This document shows, one piece after another, positions 47,903 through 58,474 of a stretch of 64,000 bases of DNA. Every line of letters begins with the position of its first letter. Within the stretch, counting starts at the first letter, position 1. The DNA comes from Bdellovibrionales bacterium (GTDB lineage Bacteria; Bdellovibrionota; Bdellovibrionia; Bdellovibrionales; DASUEL01): positions 41,854 to 105,853 of the forward strand of contig JBFWOZ010000005.1 in NCBI GenBank assembly GCA_050250255.1, in the 5' to 3' direction. The notes beneath the pieces were generated by a model, which searched no databases, was not told the origin of the DNA, and worked only from the letters and a program-made list of their open reading frames with translations. Both the position numbers and the translations under genes were made by a program.

Positions 47903-49374
47903 GCGTTCACCTCCGCGATAGTTGTTGCTGGAACACCCTTCATGTAGTGAACGGCTTCCGACAAGCTGACAGCCTCAGGAACAAAATTCACTCCACGCTT
48001 TACTTTGCGAATTTCGCCCGCATAATTCGTAAAAGTTCCATCTTTTTCCGCGAAAGACTTCATTGGAATTTGGTAAGAGAAGCCTGCAAACCCAGGAGAT
48101 TTACAAGAGCTCAGCCAAATTACATCGGAAACTTTTGTGAGCGATTTTGCGACTGAATCAAGCTCTGGATAAACCGCGAGGTTTTCAGGACCTGCTACAA
48201 CAACAGCTTTAATCGTTCCCGCCTCTACAAGCTTCATTAAATCTTTTAAAGATCCTTGAGCTCCAGAGTCTTTCATGACTTTTTGTAGACCCGCCGTATT
48301 TGGATTTTTATCTCCTCGGATCAATAAGCCGTCAAAAGTATCGAAAGTCGCTTCGTTGTTTTTCCAATGGAAAATATTCTTCGATTTCAGTTCTGTCGTA
48401 AAATACTTCGTAATATCGCTCAATTCCTCATTGGTGTACTGAGCCGTTAAAAGAAGTGCGATAGCTTGTGGTCCATGTTTTTTCAAAGTTTGCGCGGCTT
48501 GCTCAAGAGCTTCACGAGTGCTCAATTGACCATTTTTGCCTTGAGCATGTCTTAATCGAGCTTCTAGGTTCACAAACTTATAAACATCGCGACCTTCATC
48601 GCACATCCAGTGACCGTTTACCTTTTCGTCGTAAACGGGCTTCACGCGGAAAAGACCATTCTGGTTGTGAGAGATTTTTACCGCACAACCGGTAGCACAG
48701 CCATTACAGGTCGTTTCAAAGTCTTTGAGATACCAAACGCGCTGACGAAAACGGAAATCTTTTGAAGTGAGAGCTCCCACCGGGCAAATATCCACCGTGT
48801 TCACGGAATATTTGTTATCGAGAGGACGATTCTCAAACGTACCGATTTCGCTGTGATCACCACGATTAAAAATTCCAAGTTCGTTTGTCTTTGTCACTTC
48901 TTCTGTAAAACGAACGCAACGAGAACAAAGAATACAGCGTTCGCTATCAAGAACTACCGTTGGGCCAAGATCGACCACCTTGTGTTTTTTCTCTTTTTTC
49001 TCGCCCATTTCAGGATCGTATTTTCCGTAGGTCATGTAGAACTCTTGAAGCCCACATTCACCCGCTTGATCACAGATAGGACAATCAAGAGGGTGATTGA
49101 TCAAATGGAAATCGAGAGTCCACTTTACACTCTCTTTTACTTTTTCTGTTTTGTTGGTGACCTTCATTCCCTCGACAACGGGAGTGTTACAGGCGATTTG
49201 AAGTTTGGGATTCCCCTCAACTTCCACCATACACATACGACAAACGCCCGCGACGGAAAGTCCAGGATGCCAACAGTAATAGGCAATATCCTCTTTCAGC
49301 TGACTGAAAGCTTCCATAATGGTGGCGCCATCTTTAACAACAACTTCTTTGCCGTTAATGGTGCATTTGGGCAT
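47899..49374 (-). CDS. nuoG: NADH-quinone oxidoreductase subunit G (short form)
   Basis: True start MPKCTING at 49374; CWHPGLSVAGVCRMC, HPLDCPICDQAGEC, RCILCSRCVRF, CNGCATGC (N7), WMCDEGR. Confidence 0.93.
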   Translation of the reverse strand: MPKCTINGKEVVVKDGATIMEAFSQLKEDIAYYCWHPGLSVAGVCRMCMVEVEGNPKLQIACNTPVVEGMKVTNKTEKVKESVKWTLDFHLINHPLDCPICDQAGECGLQEFYMTYGKYDPEMGEKKEKKHKVVDLGPTVVLDSERCILCSRCVRFTEEVTKTNELGIFNRGDHSEIGTFENRPLDNKYSVNTVDICPVGALTSKDFRFRQRVWYLKDFETTCNGCATGCAVKISHNQNGLFRVKPVYDEKVNGHWMCDEGRDVYKFVNLEARLRHAQGKNGQLSTREALEQAAQTLKKHGPQAIALLLTAQYTNEELSDITKYFTTELKSKNIFHWKNNEATFDTFDGLLIRGDKNPNTAGLQKVMKDSGAQGSLKDLMKLVEAGTIKAVVVAGPENLAVYPELDSVAKSLTKVSDVIWLSSCKSPGFAGFSYQIPMKSFAEKDGTFTNYAGEIRKVKRGVNFVPEAVSLSEAVHYMKGVPATTIAEVNA

Positions 49375-50626
49375 AGCTCTTTCCTTCTCTGATGAACGTT
49401 TCAAATTCGTCACGAAATTTTGATACAAAACTAATAGCTGGTAATGCAGCGGCATCAGAAAGCGCGCAGATCGTTCGGCCCATCATGTTTTTAGAAACAT
49501 TAAGTACGAGATCTAAATCTTGAGGTTTTCCTTGGCCTGCAACAATTTTACGAAGCATTTTATCAAGCCATCCAGTTCCTTCACGACAAGGAGTGCACTG
49601 ACCGCAGGATTCATGATGATAGAAATTCATGATGACCGAGAGAAGATCCACCATATCGCGCGAATCATCGATGATAATCACAGCCCCTGAACCAAGCATG
49701 GAACCCATTTGCGCAAGACATTCATAATCCATCGTCGCCATTTTACATTCTTCAGCCGTTAACACCGGAGCGGAAGATCCACCTGGAATCACCGCTTTGA
49801 GTTTACGACCCGGTCGAAGGCCCCCACACTCATTATTTATGAGATCCATTAATGGATATCCGAGAGCCACTTCGTAAGTTCCAGGCTTGAGCACATCTCC
49901 ACTCACGGAGAAAAGCTTAGTGCCCGCAGATTTTTCAGTTCCAAATTTTCGGTAAGCGGCCGCACCATCGCGAATGATCGGGATCACTGCCGCTAAAGTT
50001 TCTACATTGTTCACGACGGTTGGTTTTCTTAAGTAACCTTTAACCGCTGGAAAAGGCGGCTTCAGCTTCGGCTGACCTTTCAATCCCTCAAGAGAAGATA
50101 TCATTCCTGTCTCTTCTCCACAGATATAAGCACCTGCCCCGCGATAGACATCCATGTCATGGTCAAAACCAGAACCTAAGATGTTTTTCCCGAGCATGCC
50201 TTCGTCGTAAGCTTCTTGAATCGCTTTTTCGAGGACTTTGTAAGCGTAATTATATTCACCACGAATGTAGATGTAACTTTTCTTCGATTGAATCGCGAAA
50301 CTGGAAATGATCATGCCCTCAATCAATTGGTGAGGAGCACGCTCCATCATCAAACGATCCTTGAAGGTTCCGGGCTCCCCTTCATCCGCATTGCAGAGAA
50401 GGTAACGTTCTTCATTGTTCTTGGGCAGAAAGCTCCACTTGGTTCCCGTAGGAAAGCCTGCGCCTCCACGACCACGAAGACCTGATTCTTTCACGGTGCC
50501 GATGAGCTCTTCAGGCTTCATTTTCAAAGCCTTTTTGAGAATGCTGTATCCATCGTGCTTGATGTAGCCCTTAATGCCTCGGTACTCGTCTTTATCGTAA
50601 TGTAATGTGAGGAGTTTTGATTCCAT
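49355..50626 (-). CDS. nuoF: NADH-quinone oxidoreductase subunit F
   Basis: GLRGRGGAGFPTG.KW, NADEGEPGTFKDR, GAGAYICGEET, ESCGQCTPCREG. Confidence 0.98.
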   Translation of the reverse strand: MESKLLTLHYDKDEYRGIKGYIKHDGYSILKKALKMKPEELIGTVKESGLRGRGGAGFPTGTKWSFLPKNNEERYLLCNADEGEPGTFKDRLMMERAPHQLIEGMIISSFAIQSKKSYIYIRGEYNYAYKVLEKAIQEAYDEGMLGKNILGSGFDHDMDVYRGAGAYICGEETGMISSLEGLKGQPKLKPPFPAVKGYLRKPTVVNNVETLAAVIPIIRDGAAAYRKFGTEKSAGTKLFSVSGDVLKPGTYEVALGYPLMDLINNECGGLRPGRKLKAVIPGGSSAPVLTAEECKMATMDYECLAQMGSMLGSGAVIIIDDSRDMVDLLSVIMNFYHHESCGQCTPCREGTGWLDKMLRKIVAGQGKPQDLDLVLNVSKNMMGRTICALSDAAALPAISFVSKFRDEFETFIREGKSYAQMHH

Positions 50627-50633
50627 CTTCTAC

Positions 50634-51140
50634 CTACTTGAATTCCGCAATCAGTTTATCGATTTTTTCTTGAGTGAGATTTTCATAGTATTCGTCGTTC
50701 ACTTGCATCATGGGAGCAGTTCCGCAAGAACCCAAGCACTCCACTTTCGTGACCGTGAATTTTCCATCTTTTGTCATCTCATCAAGGCCCACTTGAAATT
50801 TATTGAGAAGCTTCTGCGTGATTTCACGCCCTCCAGCCATACAGCAAGAGATGTTACAGCAAACTTGAATATGATATTTGCCCACGGGTTTTTTGTTAAA
50901 CATCGTGTAGAACATCGCCACTTCTTGAATACGAGCCGGTGGAATATCCATCTCTTTTGAAAGAGTGTCGATGACCTCAGGGCTGATCCAGCCATTTTCC
51001 TTTTGCGCTTGATAGAGGCAAGGAATGATCGCCGACATTTTATCTTCATAGCGATCCAATTCTTTTTTCACTAAGTCTTGGCCTTCTTTTGAAAGCTTAA
51101 AGGGAGCAGAATGTAGTTTTTCTTGTTGTGCCATCATCAA
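50634..51140 (-). CDS. nuoE: NADH-quinone oxidoreductase subunit E
   Basis: EVAMFYTMF, QVCCNISC, ECLGSCGTAP. Confidence 0.96.
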   Translation of the reverse strand: MMMAQQEKLHSAPFKLSKEGQDLVKKELDRYEDKMSAIIPCLYQAQKENGWISPEVIDTLSKEMDIPPARIQEVAMFYTMFNKKPVGKYHIQVCCNISCCMAGGREITQKLLNKFQVGLDEMTKDGKFTVTKVECLGSCGTAPMMQVNDEYYENLTQEKIDKLIAEFK

Positions 51141-51143
51141 CTC

Positions 51144-52823
51144 CTATCGATCCAATTCGCCAGCAATTAAATTGAGGCTTCCCAAAATCGAAATCACATC
51201 CGCCACAGGACCGCCCGTAATCATTTTTGGAAATGACTGATAAATCGCAAAACAAGGTGGTCGTGCTCTTAATCGGTAAGGTGCAGGGCCACCGTCACTC
51301 ACCACAAAAAATCCAAGCTCCCCGTTTGCAGCTTCGGTTGCATCATAGATCTCGCCAGCCGGAGGTCTGAGACCCTTAATCACAAGCATGAAGTGGTTCA
51401 TGAGGCCTTCAATGTTTCCGTAAACTTCTTTTTTCTCTGGAAGAACGATGTTTTTGTCGCGAATGGTGTAATCCCCACCCGGAGCGTTCTTGGCCACTTG
51501 TTCAACAATCGAAAGAGATTCTTTCATCTCTGCCAAACGCACGAGGTAACGATCGTAAACATCGCCCGTTGTTCCTACTGGAACATCAAAATCAAGCGTT
51601 TCGTATCCGTAATAAGGATCTGCTTTACGAAGATCTAGACTCATGCCCGTAGCTCTTAAGCAAGGACCAGTAAATCCATACTGAATCGCTTCTTCCACTG
51701 AGATACCACCCACACCGCGGGTTCGCGAGATCCAGATTTTGTTATTGGTAAGAAGAGCATCGATTTCGTCGACACCTTTACGAATGTCTTTCACGGCCTC
51801 AAGCACATCGTTGAACCAACCTGGAGGAGCATCGTAAGACATTCCACCAATACGAGTGAGAGAAACGGTCAAACGTGCACCACAAAGTTTTTCAAAAAGA
51901 GAGTAAACACGTTCACGATGCGTGAAGAGATAAAAGAAACCTGTAAGGGCTCCTAAATCCACCGCGTTCGCGCCGATACAGACGATATGATCAATCACGC
52001 GAGAGAGCTCTGCCAAAATAATCCGCATGGCTTTTGCTTTTGGCGGAATATCAATGCCGTACATTTTTTCAATCGCCTTACAGTAACCCACATTATTCAT
52101 AGGCGCCGAACAATAATTGAGACGATCTGTGTACGGAATGACTTGATTATAAAAGTGAGTTTCGCCCATCTTTTCAAAACAGCGATGAAGAAATCCTAAC
52201 TCCACTCCCGCGCGCGCTACGGTCTCACCATCAAGTTGCGCCATCACCCGAAGAGTTCCGTGAGTCGCTGGGTGAGAAGGACCGATATTGAGAGGCATTA
52301 ATTTTTTATCGGGATCTGGTTTATAAGTATCATCGTCTTCAAAGTGAAGAGGCATCACATCAGGACAATGTTGCTGGTAATCCGCTGGATAATCTTTACG
52401 AAGCGGGTGTCCCTTAAAGTGATGGTGAGTGAGAATTTTTTTAAGATTGTGGTGACCACGAAACTTCACACCGAACATGTCAAAGGCTTCGCGCTCAAAC
52501 CAATCGGCACCTTTCCAAACGGTGGTCGCCGTATCGATACTTTCGTTTTCCCCTACTTGAGCTTTAATACGAAGACGTTTTACCGTTTTCGAGGAGAACA
52601 GCTGATAGATCACTTCGAAACGCTTTTCGCGTATCGGGTAATCCACCGCCGTGACGTCCATCAAAAAATCAAACTGACCTGTTTGTTTTAAGTGGCGAAG
52701 AACCGGAATGACCTGTTCTTTTTTGAGTTCTAAAATATCGTTGCCGAAAGCCGTAGAAAATTTCATTTCTGAAGCCGGAACAAGATGACTTAAATCTGAT
52801 TTTAAATTTTCGATATTGCTCAT
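51144..52823 (-). CDS. nuoCD: Fused NADH-quinone oxidoreductase subunits C/D
   Basis: ADWFEREAFDMFG, GHPLRKDYP; NIGPSHPATHGTLR, GFLHR..EK, DRLNY, C-terminal GELDR. Confidence 0.97.
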   Translation of the reverse strand: MSNIENLKSDLSHLVPASEMKFSTAFGNDILELKKEQVIPVLRHLKQTGQFDFLMDVTAVDYPIREKRFEVIYQLFSSKTVKRLRIKAQVGENESIDTATTVWKGADWFEREAFDMFGVKFRGHHNLKKILTHHHFKGHPLRKDYPADYQQHCPDVMPLHFEDDDTYKPDPDKKLMPLNIGPSHPATHGTLRVMAQLDGETVARAGVELGFLHRCFEKMGETHFYNQVIPYTDRLNYCSAPMNNVGYCKAIEKMYGIDIPPKAKAMRIILAELSRVIDHIVCIGANAVDLGALTGFFYLFTHRERVYSLFEKLCGARLTVSLTRIGGMSYDAPPGWFNDVLEAVKDIRKGVDEIDALLTNNKIWISRTRGVGGISVEEAIQYGFTGPCLRATGMSLDLRKADPYYGYETLDFDVPVGTTGDVYDRYLVRLAEMKESLSIVEQVAKNAPGGDYTIRDKNIVLPEKKEVYGNIEGLMNHFMLVIKGLRPPAGEIYDATEAANGELGFFVVSDGGPAPYRLRARPPCFAIYQSFPKMITGGPVADVISILGSLNLIAGELDR

Positions 52824-52824
52824 G

Positions 52825-53382
52825 TTATTTCATCCACTCAGGTGGTTTCCAGTTGTCTTTCCAAGGTCGCGGAGCATAGGTCTCAATCATTTTCTGAATC
52901 GCCATCACTCCATCAAGCACAGCTTCAGGTGAGGGAGGGCAACCCGGAACATACACATCCACAGGAATCACTTTGTCGATTCCTTGAAGCACGTGATAGG
53001 CGCGGTAAAATCCACCAGAACTTGCACAAGCTCCCATAGAAAGAACAAATTTTGGTTCCAACATCTGTCGGTAAATATGCACAAGAACCGGCGCCATTTT
53101 TTCAGTAATCGTACCAGCTACAAGAAGAAGATCTGCTTGTCTTGGAGAGAATCGCACCACCTCTGCTCCGAATCGAGCTAAGTCATATTTTGGACCCATC
53201 ACCGACATAAGCTCGATTCCGCAACAAGCAGTCCCGTAAGGAAGCGGCCACAGAGAATTTTTTTGTCCCCAAGCTACTAAATCTTGAAGTCGTGTTGTGA
53301 ACACCGAGCTTTTTAAAAACTCATCCACTTCGTGGGAAGCTGGTGTCGCCGCATCAGTATTCGACGTCGCAGATACATTCAT
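52825..53382 (-). CDS. nuoB: NADH-quinone oxidoreductase subunit B
   Basis: [40 protein letters not shown]. Confidence 0.97.
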   Translation of the reverse strand: MNVSATSNTDAATPASHEVDEFLKSSVFTTRLQDLVAWGQKNSLWPLPYGTACCGIELMSVMGPKYDLARFGAEVVRFSPRQADLLLVAGTITEKMAPVLVHIYRQMLEPKFVLSMGACASSGGFYRAYHVLQGIDKVIPVDVYVPGCPPSPEAVLDGVMAIQKMIETYAPRPWKDNWKPPEWMK

Positions 53383-53589
53383 TGGTAGTCCCCCGACTAT
53401 TGCGCTTAAATAGAGTCCAGATTTTCACATGACCAATTCGCTGATTCCAGCAAAATCTCGAGGGATTTCCTATTTGTAATGCCTCGCAAAAACTTCGCTT
53501 TTGCGAAGTGAGAGCGCCTCTCATCAACAGGAATTTTGATTGTTTTCTGAAGCCTCTTCGAAATAGGATTTTCATGAGGGGATGTGTAA

Positions 53590-54396
53590 ATGAGAACAGT
53601 GTTCAATAGAAGTTTGACGATTCTTTTTTTGGGTCTTACCGGCTGCGTGAGCCTTCACTCTTACATTCCAGCCATGCAAATGGAGTCTCCCGAAACAAAC
53701 GGCAAGTGGCTGAAAGCACGGCTTCACTTTGCCGCCGCGTCGACGGCAGACATCACCGTTGTCGATGACGCCTCCTATCGCCCCCTCACCTTCCATTCGC
53801 CCACGCCAACCACACAAAGAGTGGAGTATTATCTTTCAGGCTCCATGGGTGTCATCGAGCGGCTCGATATCGGGCTGAAAGCGGGACTTCTTCACTCCCC
53901 GAACGTTCTTTTTATGAAGTACCAATTTTTAGGTGCGCCACTTCGCGAAGCAAAAGAGGGAAATCAGTCTCTCACAGTAATGGTCGGCGGAGGAACTTAC
54001 TATTCTATTAAAGATGGAGACCAAAATGGAGTTTTTGGTCGTGGTGGTTACAAATGGAACGGAAAACTCCTCACCCATTCACGAGAGGGACAACTGATCT
54101 ATGGTTACCGCGGGTCTGACACAACTTTATTTTACGGTGGACCTTTTTATGCCGACTACCGAGCCGTGGGCGATGTCTATCACGAAAGATCTGATGATGG
54201 CCTCTCACCCGCAATGAGCTATCGCTTCGAAAGACAAGGAACGCGAACCGGCGTGAATGGAAACGTCGAATTGCGACTCGGTACAAAGGCTCTCGCATTT
54301 TTCAATCTCGGCGTTGGCTACTCGAAATTTACTTTTACCGACGCTCCCGACAGTTATGGATGGGATGTTGGAACGAACCTTAACTTTGGACTGTAA
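53590..54396 (+). CDS. Hypothetical lipoprotein / beta-barrel-like protein
   Basis: Lipobox LTGC; beta-strand-rich with terminal GTNLNFGL. Confidence 0.7.
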   Translation: MRTVFNRSLTILFLGLTGCVSLHSYIPAMQMESPETNGKWLKARLHFAAASTADITVVDDASYRPLTFHSPTPTTQRVEYYLSGSMGVIERLDIGLKAGLLHSPNVLFMKYQFLGAPLREAKEGNQSLTVMVGGGTYYSIKDGDQNGVFGRGGYKWNGKLLTHSREGQLIYGYRGSDTTLFYGGPFYADYRAVGDVYHERSDDGLSPAMSYRFERQGTRTGVNGNVELRLGTKALAFFNLGVGYSKFTFTDAPDSYGWDVGTNLNFGL

Positions 54397-54397
54397 T

Positions 54398-54820
54398 ATG
54401 AAAATGGATTTAAAACTTTTTGTGATTTTTCTTTTAGCGCTTTCCGCTTGTGCCCGTGGACCTAAAACTGAGAAAAAATCTCCGCTTAATTACGCGAACG
54501 GGGAACATTATCAACAGACGGCCAATATTCTTGGAGTGCCTGTTTTGGAGCGTGTGGAGAAGCAAACGAAAATAAAAGGGCAGGTCATTGTAAAGGGACA
54601 ACCCTTCAATACGCCCCTGCGCTTTCAAAAGATGGCTCTAAAAAATAAAGACAATGTCGTGCTAAAAACATCGACCAATAGTGAGGGGATCTTTGAGTTC
54701 ACTGGGGAAATTCCCAACGGATTTTATAGAGTAGAACTCGTTTCGGAACGTTACAAAGCGGCCGCTGAGGTTCATGTAACCGCCTATGAGAATAAAGATC
54801 TACTCCTTGTAGTGGAATAG
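54398..54820 (+). CDS. Hypothetical lipoprotein (prealbumin/carboxypeptidase-regulatory-like fold)
   Basis: Start MKMDLK at 54398; lipobox LSAC; TSTNSEG.FEF...IPNG.Y pattern. Confidence 0.7.
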   Translation: MKMDLKLFVIFLLALSACARGPKTEKKSPLNYANGEHYQQTANILGVPVLERVEKQTKIKGQVIVKGQPFNTPLRFQKMALKNKDNVVLKTSTNSEGIFEFTGEIPNGFYRVELVSERYKAAAEVHVTAYENKDLLLVVE

Positions 54821-54878
54821 GAACTTGACTCAATGCACTGAAAAATATAAAAGCATTCTTCTAATGGGAGGTTTCTTT

Positions 54879-55238
54879 ATGAAACAATTTATTTCTGCTT
54901 TGCTTTTGATCTGTTCAAGTTTCTCAAATGCCTACGCGGTACCACACCAAAACAAGCTCATTCAACCTGACTCTGTGAAGGTAGTGGATAAAACAAAACT
55001 GAAGGTGACTTATACTCTTCCTTGCATCATTGGAGATGCCGTCGGCATCGTGATGACCAATGATGATAGCGGTGATCAGGTGGTTGCAGTTGGAGTGGTT
55101 TATTCCGCTCAAGAACGAAATTGTCGCAAGGGTCCCAATAAAACCTACTCTCAGACCGTTGATCCATCTGATTACGGTTACACCTTTCCTTCAGAGGAGT
55201 TTTCAGAGCTGGCTTTTGAGCCCATGCCAGTCGAATAA
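54879..55238 (+). CDS. Small secreted hypothetical protein
   Basis: GGAGG RBS before ATG 54879; signal peptide; Cys pair in the mature part. Confidence 0.75.
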   Translation: MKQFISALLLICSSFSNAYAVPHQNKLIQPDSVKVVDKTKLKVTYTLPCIIGDAVGIVMTNDDSGDQVVAVGVVYSAQERNCRKGPNKTYSQTVDPSDYGYTFPSEEFSELAFEPMPVE

Positions 55239-55332
55239 CACTGGTTTTCGATACAATTGTGTTACTAAAACGTTCCTACGAGCATGGCAGCACGAAGAAC
55301 GATACGACTAAAACGAATGCTCATACACAAAG

Positions 55333-55361
55333 AAAAAGGCGGCTAAGATGAGCCGCCTTTT
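55333..55361. terminator. Terminator between convergent genes
   Basis: AAAAAGGCGGCT-AAGATG-AGCCGCCTTTT. Confidence 0.8.
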
Positions 55362-55405
55362 CTCGGGTGACAATGATTTTTGTCCCAAAGCTGCTGTCAC
55401 TCAAA

Positions 55406-56071
55406 TTAAGGGCTGAGTTTTTTATACTTCTTGTAAGAAGAGTCCGCAAAGTTGGCCTCTTTACTCCATTTCGCCACTTCGGTTTTGTAAGTCGCTTCTT
55501 TCGCATCCCATTTTTGTTTTTCGTCTATTGCAGCCTTCTCTTTTACGCCGATTTGGCTCACGATCTCTTGAGCGTGTTTCTTTTGATCGTCCCACTCGGC
55601 CTTCTCTTTTTCGATCTCAAAAACCTTCGCCTTATAAACCGTTACGTTTTGCTCACGTTTTTCTTGATTCTTTTGAAGCTCAGCTAAACGCTGCTCTAAT
55701 TGATCGATATTTTTTTGTTCAGCCTGCTTTTTCTCTTCCTCCTTTTTGATCATGGCTTCGATCGTGACTTTTTTAGCGTCGAGATCGAGCTTATTCTGGT
55801 CGGCCTTTTGAGCGTTTTCCAAAACTTGCTTACGCATGGATTTTAAATTCGTCAGCGCTTTGTTGAGCTCGATGACGTTTCCCTTCACGATGTCCAGATT
55901 CTTCGAATATTGCTCTAAATTATGAGTGCTGTTGTCTGCATTCATCTTCAACTGCTCAATGCCCTGCTGGATTTGCTCTTTTTCGTTCGCGAGCGCCATC
56001 GGTGAAAACACCACCGTCATAAATGGAAGGCTTGTAACGACAAGTCCACGTTTTAAATTCATTGGTTTCAT
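55406..56071 (-). CDS. Secreted long coiled-coil protein at the end of the gliding operon
   Basis: Signal peptide, then continuous K/E/Q-rich heptad sequence. Confidence 0.8.
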   Translation of the reverse strand: MKPMNLKRGLVVTSLPFMTVVFSPMALANEKEQIQQGIEQLKMNADNSTHNLEQYSKNLDIVKGNVIELNKALTNLKSMRKQVLENAQKADQNKLDLDAKKVTIEAMIKKEEEKKQAEQKNIDQLEQRLAELQKNQEKREQNVTVYKAKVFEIEKEKAEWDDQKKHAQEIVSQIGVKEKAAIDEKQKWDAKEATYKTEVAKWSKEANFADSSYKKYKKLSP

Positions 56072-56080
56072 AAAACTCTC

Positions 56081-58474
56081 CTACCTTTTTGCCTGATCTT
56101 TAGGGCAGTTATTTTTTAAAGACGATTTGTAATGACCGATTTCATCTTCCCAGAACTCACCTTCAAAATCCCAGTTGAGATCTTTTTGAGCTGGGCGAAC
56201 GTTGGCAGGAATGCGTTTTTCACCCGCTTCTCCACCTGCCATGTGGAAACGAATGTTTTCACCGCTTCCGGCGAAAACTTCGTAGCGCAAAAATTCGTTG
56301 TTCTGAAAGTACTGATTTAAATCTTTTGCGATTCTGTTTAAATGACCTTTTAATACTTCTCCGGCTTGCGACGCGAGCTTTCTTTTTTCGTTCGCAAGGT
56401 TTGCTTGGGCCACAGACTTTAATTTTTTATAGGAACCCGAGGCTTCCTTAAAAACCGAGAGCTGGAAGTCGTAAAACTCGACCGTGTTTTTCTCGTTGGC
56501 GCGCTCTTGGCGAAGTTGGTTTTCATCTTTTGCTAATTTCACACCGTTTTTAATTTTTAACAAATCAGCTTCGATCTGCTTTACACGTTGTGAAGCCTGA
56601 GCACGCATCCACTTGGCTTTTTCCTGGTCCTTATTTGCATACTGGTCGATAAACTTATACTGCTCGCCTTCATCGATTCGGTTGTTGATCAACTCCTGTA
56701 AGTTTAAGAAATCCCTGTGGCGTCCCATCTCACGAAGGGCTTGGAATGGTAATCCCGCAACTTCTGTGGCACTTGGAGATGTTAAATAACGAACCATTGT
56801 GCTGTAGTAGTCCTTCGACTTATGGTTTTTTTGGTAAGCTTGGATACGCTCGATCCAGGGTCGATACTCTCTTTCTAAAAGAGTTAAGCTCTTATAGGCA
56901 TCCGCATATTGGCAAAGATTCAAGTAACCAATCGTACGTACAATGAAACTTTCAGGCTTATACACGGACTTTAAATAAGTCGATTGAAGAGAGAACATAT
57001 TTCCAATCGCGCCCGAGTGGTCCTCTGCCATTAATTGAGTCCAGGCATGTTCCACAAGGCCTTGAATCCAAAGCGGATGATTTTTTTCAATAGAGAGATA
57101 GTACTTCGAGGCTTCGGCGTATTGTTTATCCTGAAACGCCATGCGTGCGAGGTTGATCGAAATAAGTGCGTGTAAATCTCTATGAACATTCTCTTTTGGT
57201 AAAAGAGTTTGGAGTTTTACTAAACGATCTAGGCCTGTCTTGGCACGACCCAGGTGGTAATCGGCAAGACCCGCAATAAATTGGCTCTTAATATAAAGAG
57301 AGTGTTTTTCAGGTACAAGCTCCGCATACTTCTTAGCCGTGCTGTAAGATTCTTTTTTTAAAGAACCAACCGCAACCATGTAATCAATTTTTGCTTTTTG
57401 ATCGGTGGTTAACTGTGAGTTCTCAACGTATTTTTCAAGACGTGCACCAAAACTCACATTGAATTCTTCTGGAAAATCTACGAGAGCTGCTAAAACTTTA
57501 TTTTTGAAAACCACTGAATCATAGTTCAAAGTTTCAAACAAATATTTTTGAGCTTCAGTGTAAAGGCCCATCTTATAGAGGCACTCACCTAAATAAAAAG
57601 TCGAAGCGGTTTTGATATTAGTGTTCGAAGAATTTTTCAGATCATAGAATAAACCAGAAGCAAAGTGACATTTGTCACCGGCCACATACATCATAAGACC
57701 ACGAATGAATTTTAAATCCTCTTCATTCATTTCTTTCACGGGAAGCATCGCCACGCTCGACTCCATGGCCATTTTGTAAGCAATTTCTTCCACTTTCTTA
57801 AGAGTCACCACTCCTAGGCCAGAATCAAAGCTTTCAATCAGAAGTTTTTCAGGAGGTGCCACCTTCATCGGCACGGGGCCAAGCCATTGTTGAATGTCTT
57901 TTTGGGCAACCACTTGCGGAGAAGGGAGTTCTTTCATCCCTTCGTGTTTTGCTGAAGGAAGATTCATTTGACTTAAATCCCATTGGTGCGCAGTTACTGT
58001 ACCTTCAACACCAATGCTGAGATCAGGAATTTTTGAGATCTTTATAGAGACATATTTCGTTTTGCCATCGGCTAACTTTTTTGCACGCTTTTCTGTCAAA
58101 GAAAAGACAGGCACACCCGAAGCCGCTCGTGGCAAAGAGGCATCTGGAGCTTGAGAAGACGGAGTGATCGAATAAACTCGGGCCTCCTTTACTTCTTGTA
58201 AAACCTTTTCAGCTTCGACATTGCGTGAAGCTTCTGCCTGAGCGGGCTCACGCGACACTTCGCTGGACTTTGTCCACTGACTCCACACGTTTGTGACCTT
58301 GGCCTTCATGCTGCTCCAAAGAGACTGCATCTGTTCGAAGCGTGACTGCGAACGACCAGGAGCCACCCCTTCTAACATGCCGGCTTGAGCGGGTGACATC
58401 ATCACCAAACTCAAAGTTAAAATCAGGAATATACGTGCCACCATAAAACGTCTCCTAAAGAATTCTCTGATCAA
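56081..58474 (-). CDS. TPR protein, gliding-motility GltC-like
   Basis: TPR helices; HPLW.QGLVEHAW..L; YKPESFIVR..GYLNLCQY; C-terminal W.FEGEFWEDEIGHY. Start may be 58444. Confidence 0.7.
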   Translation of the reverse strand: MIREFFRRRFMVARIFLILTLSLVMMSPAQAGMLEGVAPGRSQSRFEQMQSLWSSMKAKVTNVWSQWTKSSEVSREPAQAEASRNVEAEKVLQEVKEARVYSITPSSQAPDASLPRAASGVPVFSLTEKRAKKLADGKTKYVSIKISKIPDLSIGVEGTVTAHQWDLSQMNLPSAKHEGMKELPSPQVVAQKDIQQWLGPVPMKVAPPEKLLIESFDSGLGVVTLKKVEEIAYKMAMESSVAMLPVKEMNEEDLKFIRGLMMYVAGDKCHFASGLFYDLKNSSNTNIKTASTFYLGECLYKMGLYTEAQKYLFETLNYDSVVFKNKVLAALVDFPEEFNVSFGARLEKYVENSQLTTDQKAKIDYMVAVGSLKKESYSTAKKYAELVPEKHSLYIKSQFIAGLADYHLGRAKTGLDRLVKLQTLLPKENVHRDLHALISINLARMAFQDKQYAEASKYYLSIEKNHPLWIQGLVEHAWTQLMAEDHSGAIGNMFSLQSTYLKSVYKPESFIVRTIGYLNLCQYADAYKSLTLLEREYRPWIERIQAYQKNHKSKDYYSTMVRYLTSPSATEVAGLPFQALREMGRHRDFLNLQELINNRIDEGEQYKFIDQYANKDQEKAKWMRAQASQRVKQIEADLLKIKNGVKLAKDENQLRQERANEKNTVEFYDFQLSVFKEASGSYKKLKSVAQANLANEKRKLASQAGEVLKGHLNRIAKDLNQYFQNNEFLRYEVFAGSGENIRFHMAGGEAGEKRIPANVRPAQKDLNWDFEGEFWEDEIGHYKSSLKNNCPKDQAKR

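Noticed and set aside
53354..53606. Short minus-strand ORFs upstream of nuoB as nuoA
   Set aside because: No hydrophobic helices or NuoA motifs; probably the divergent promoter region.
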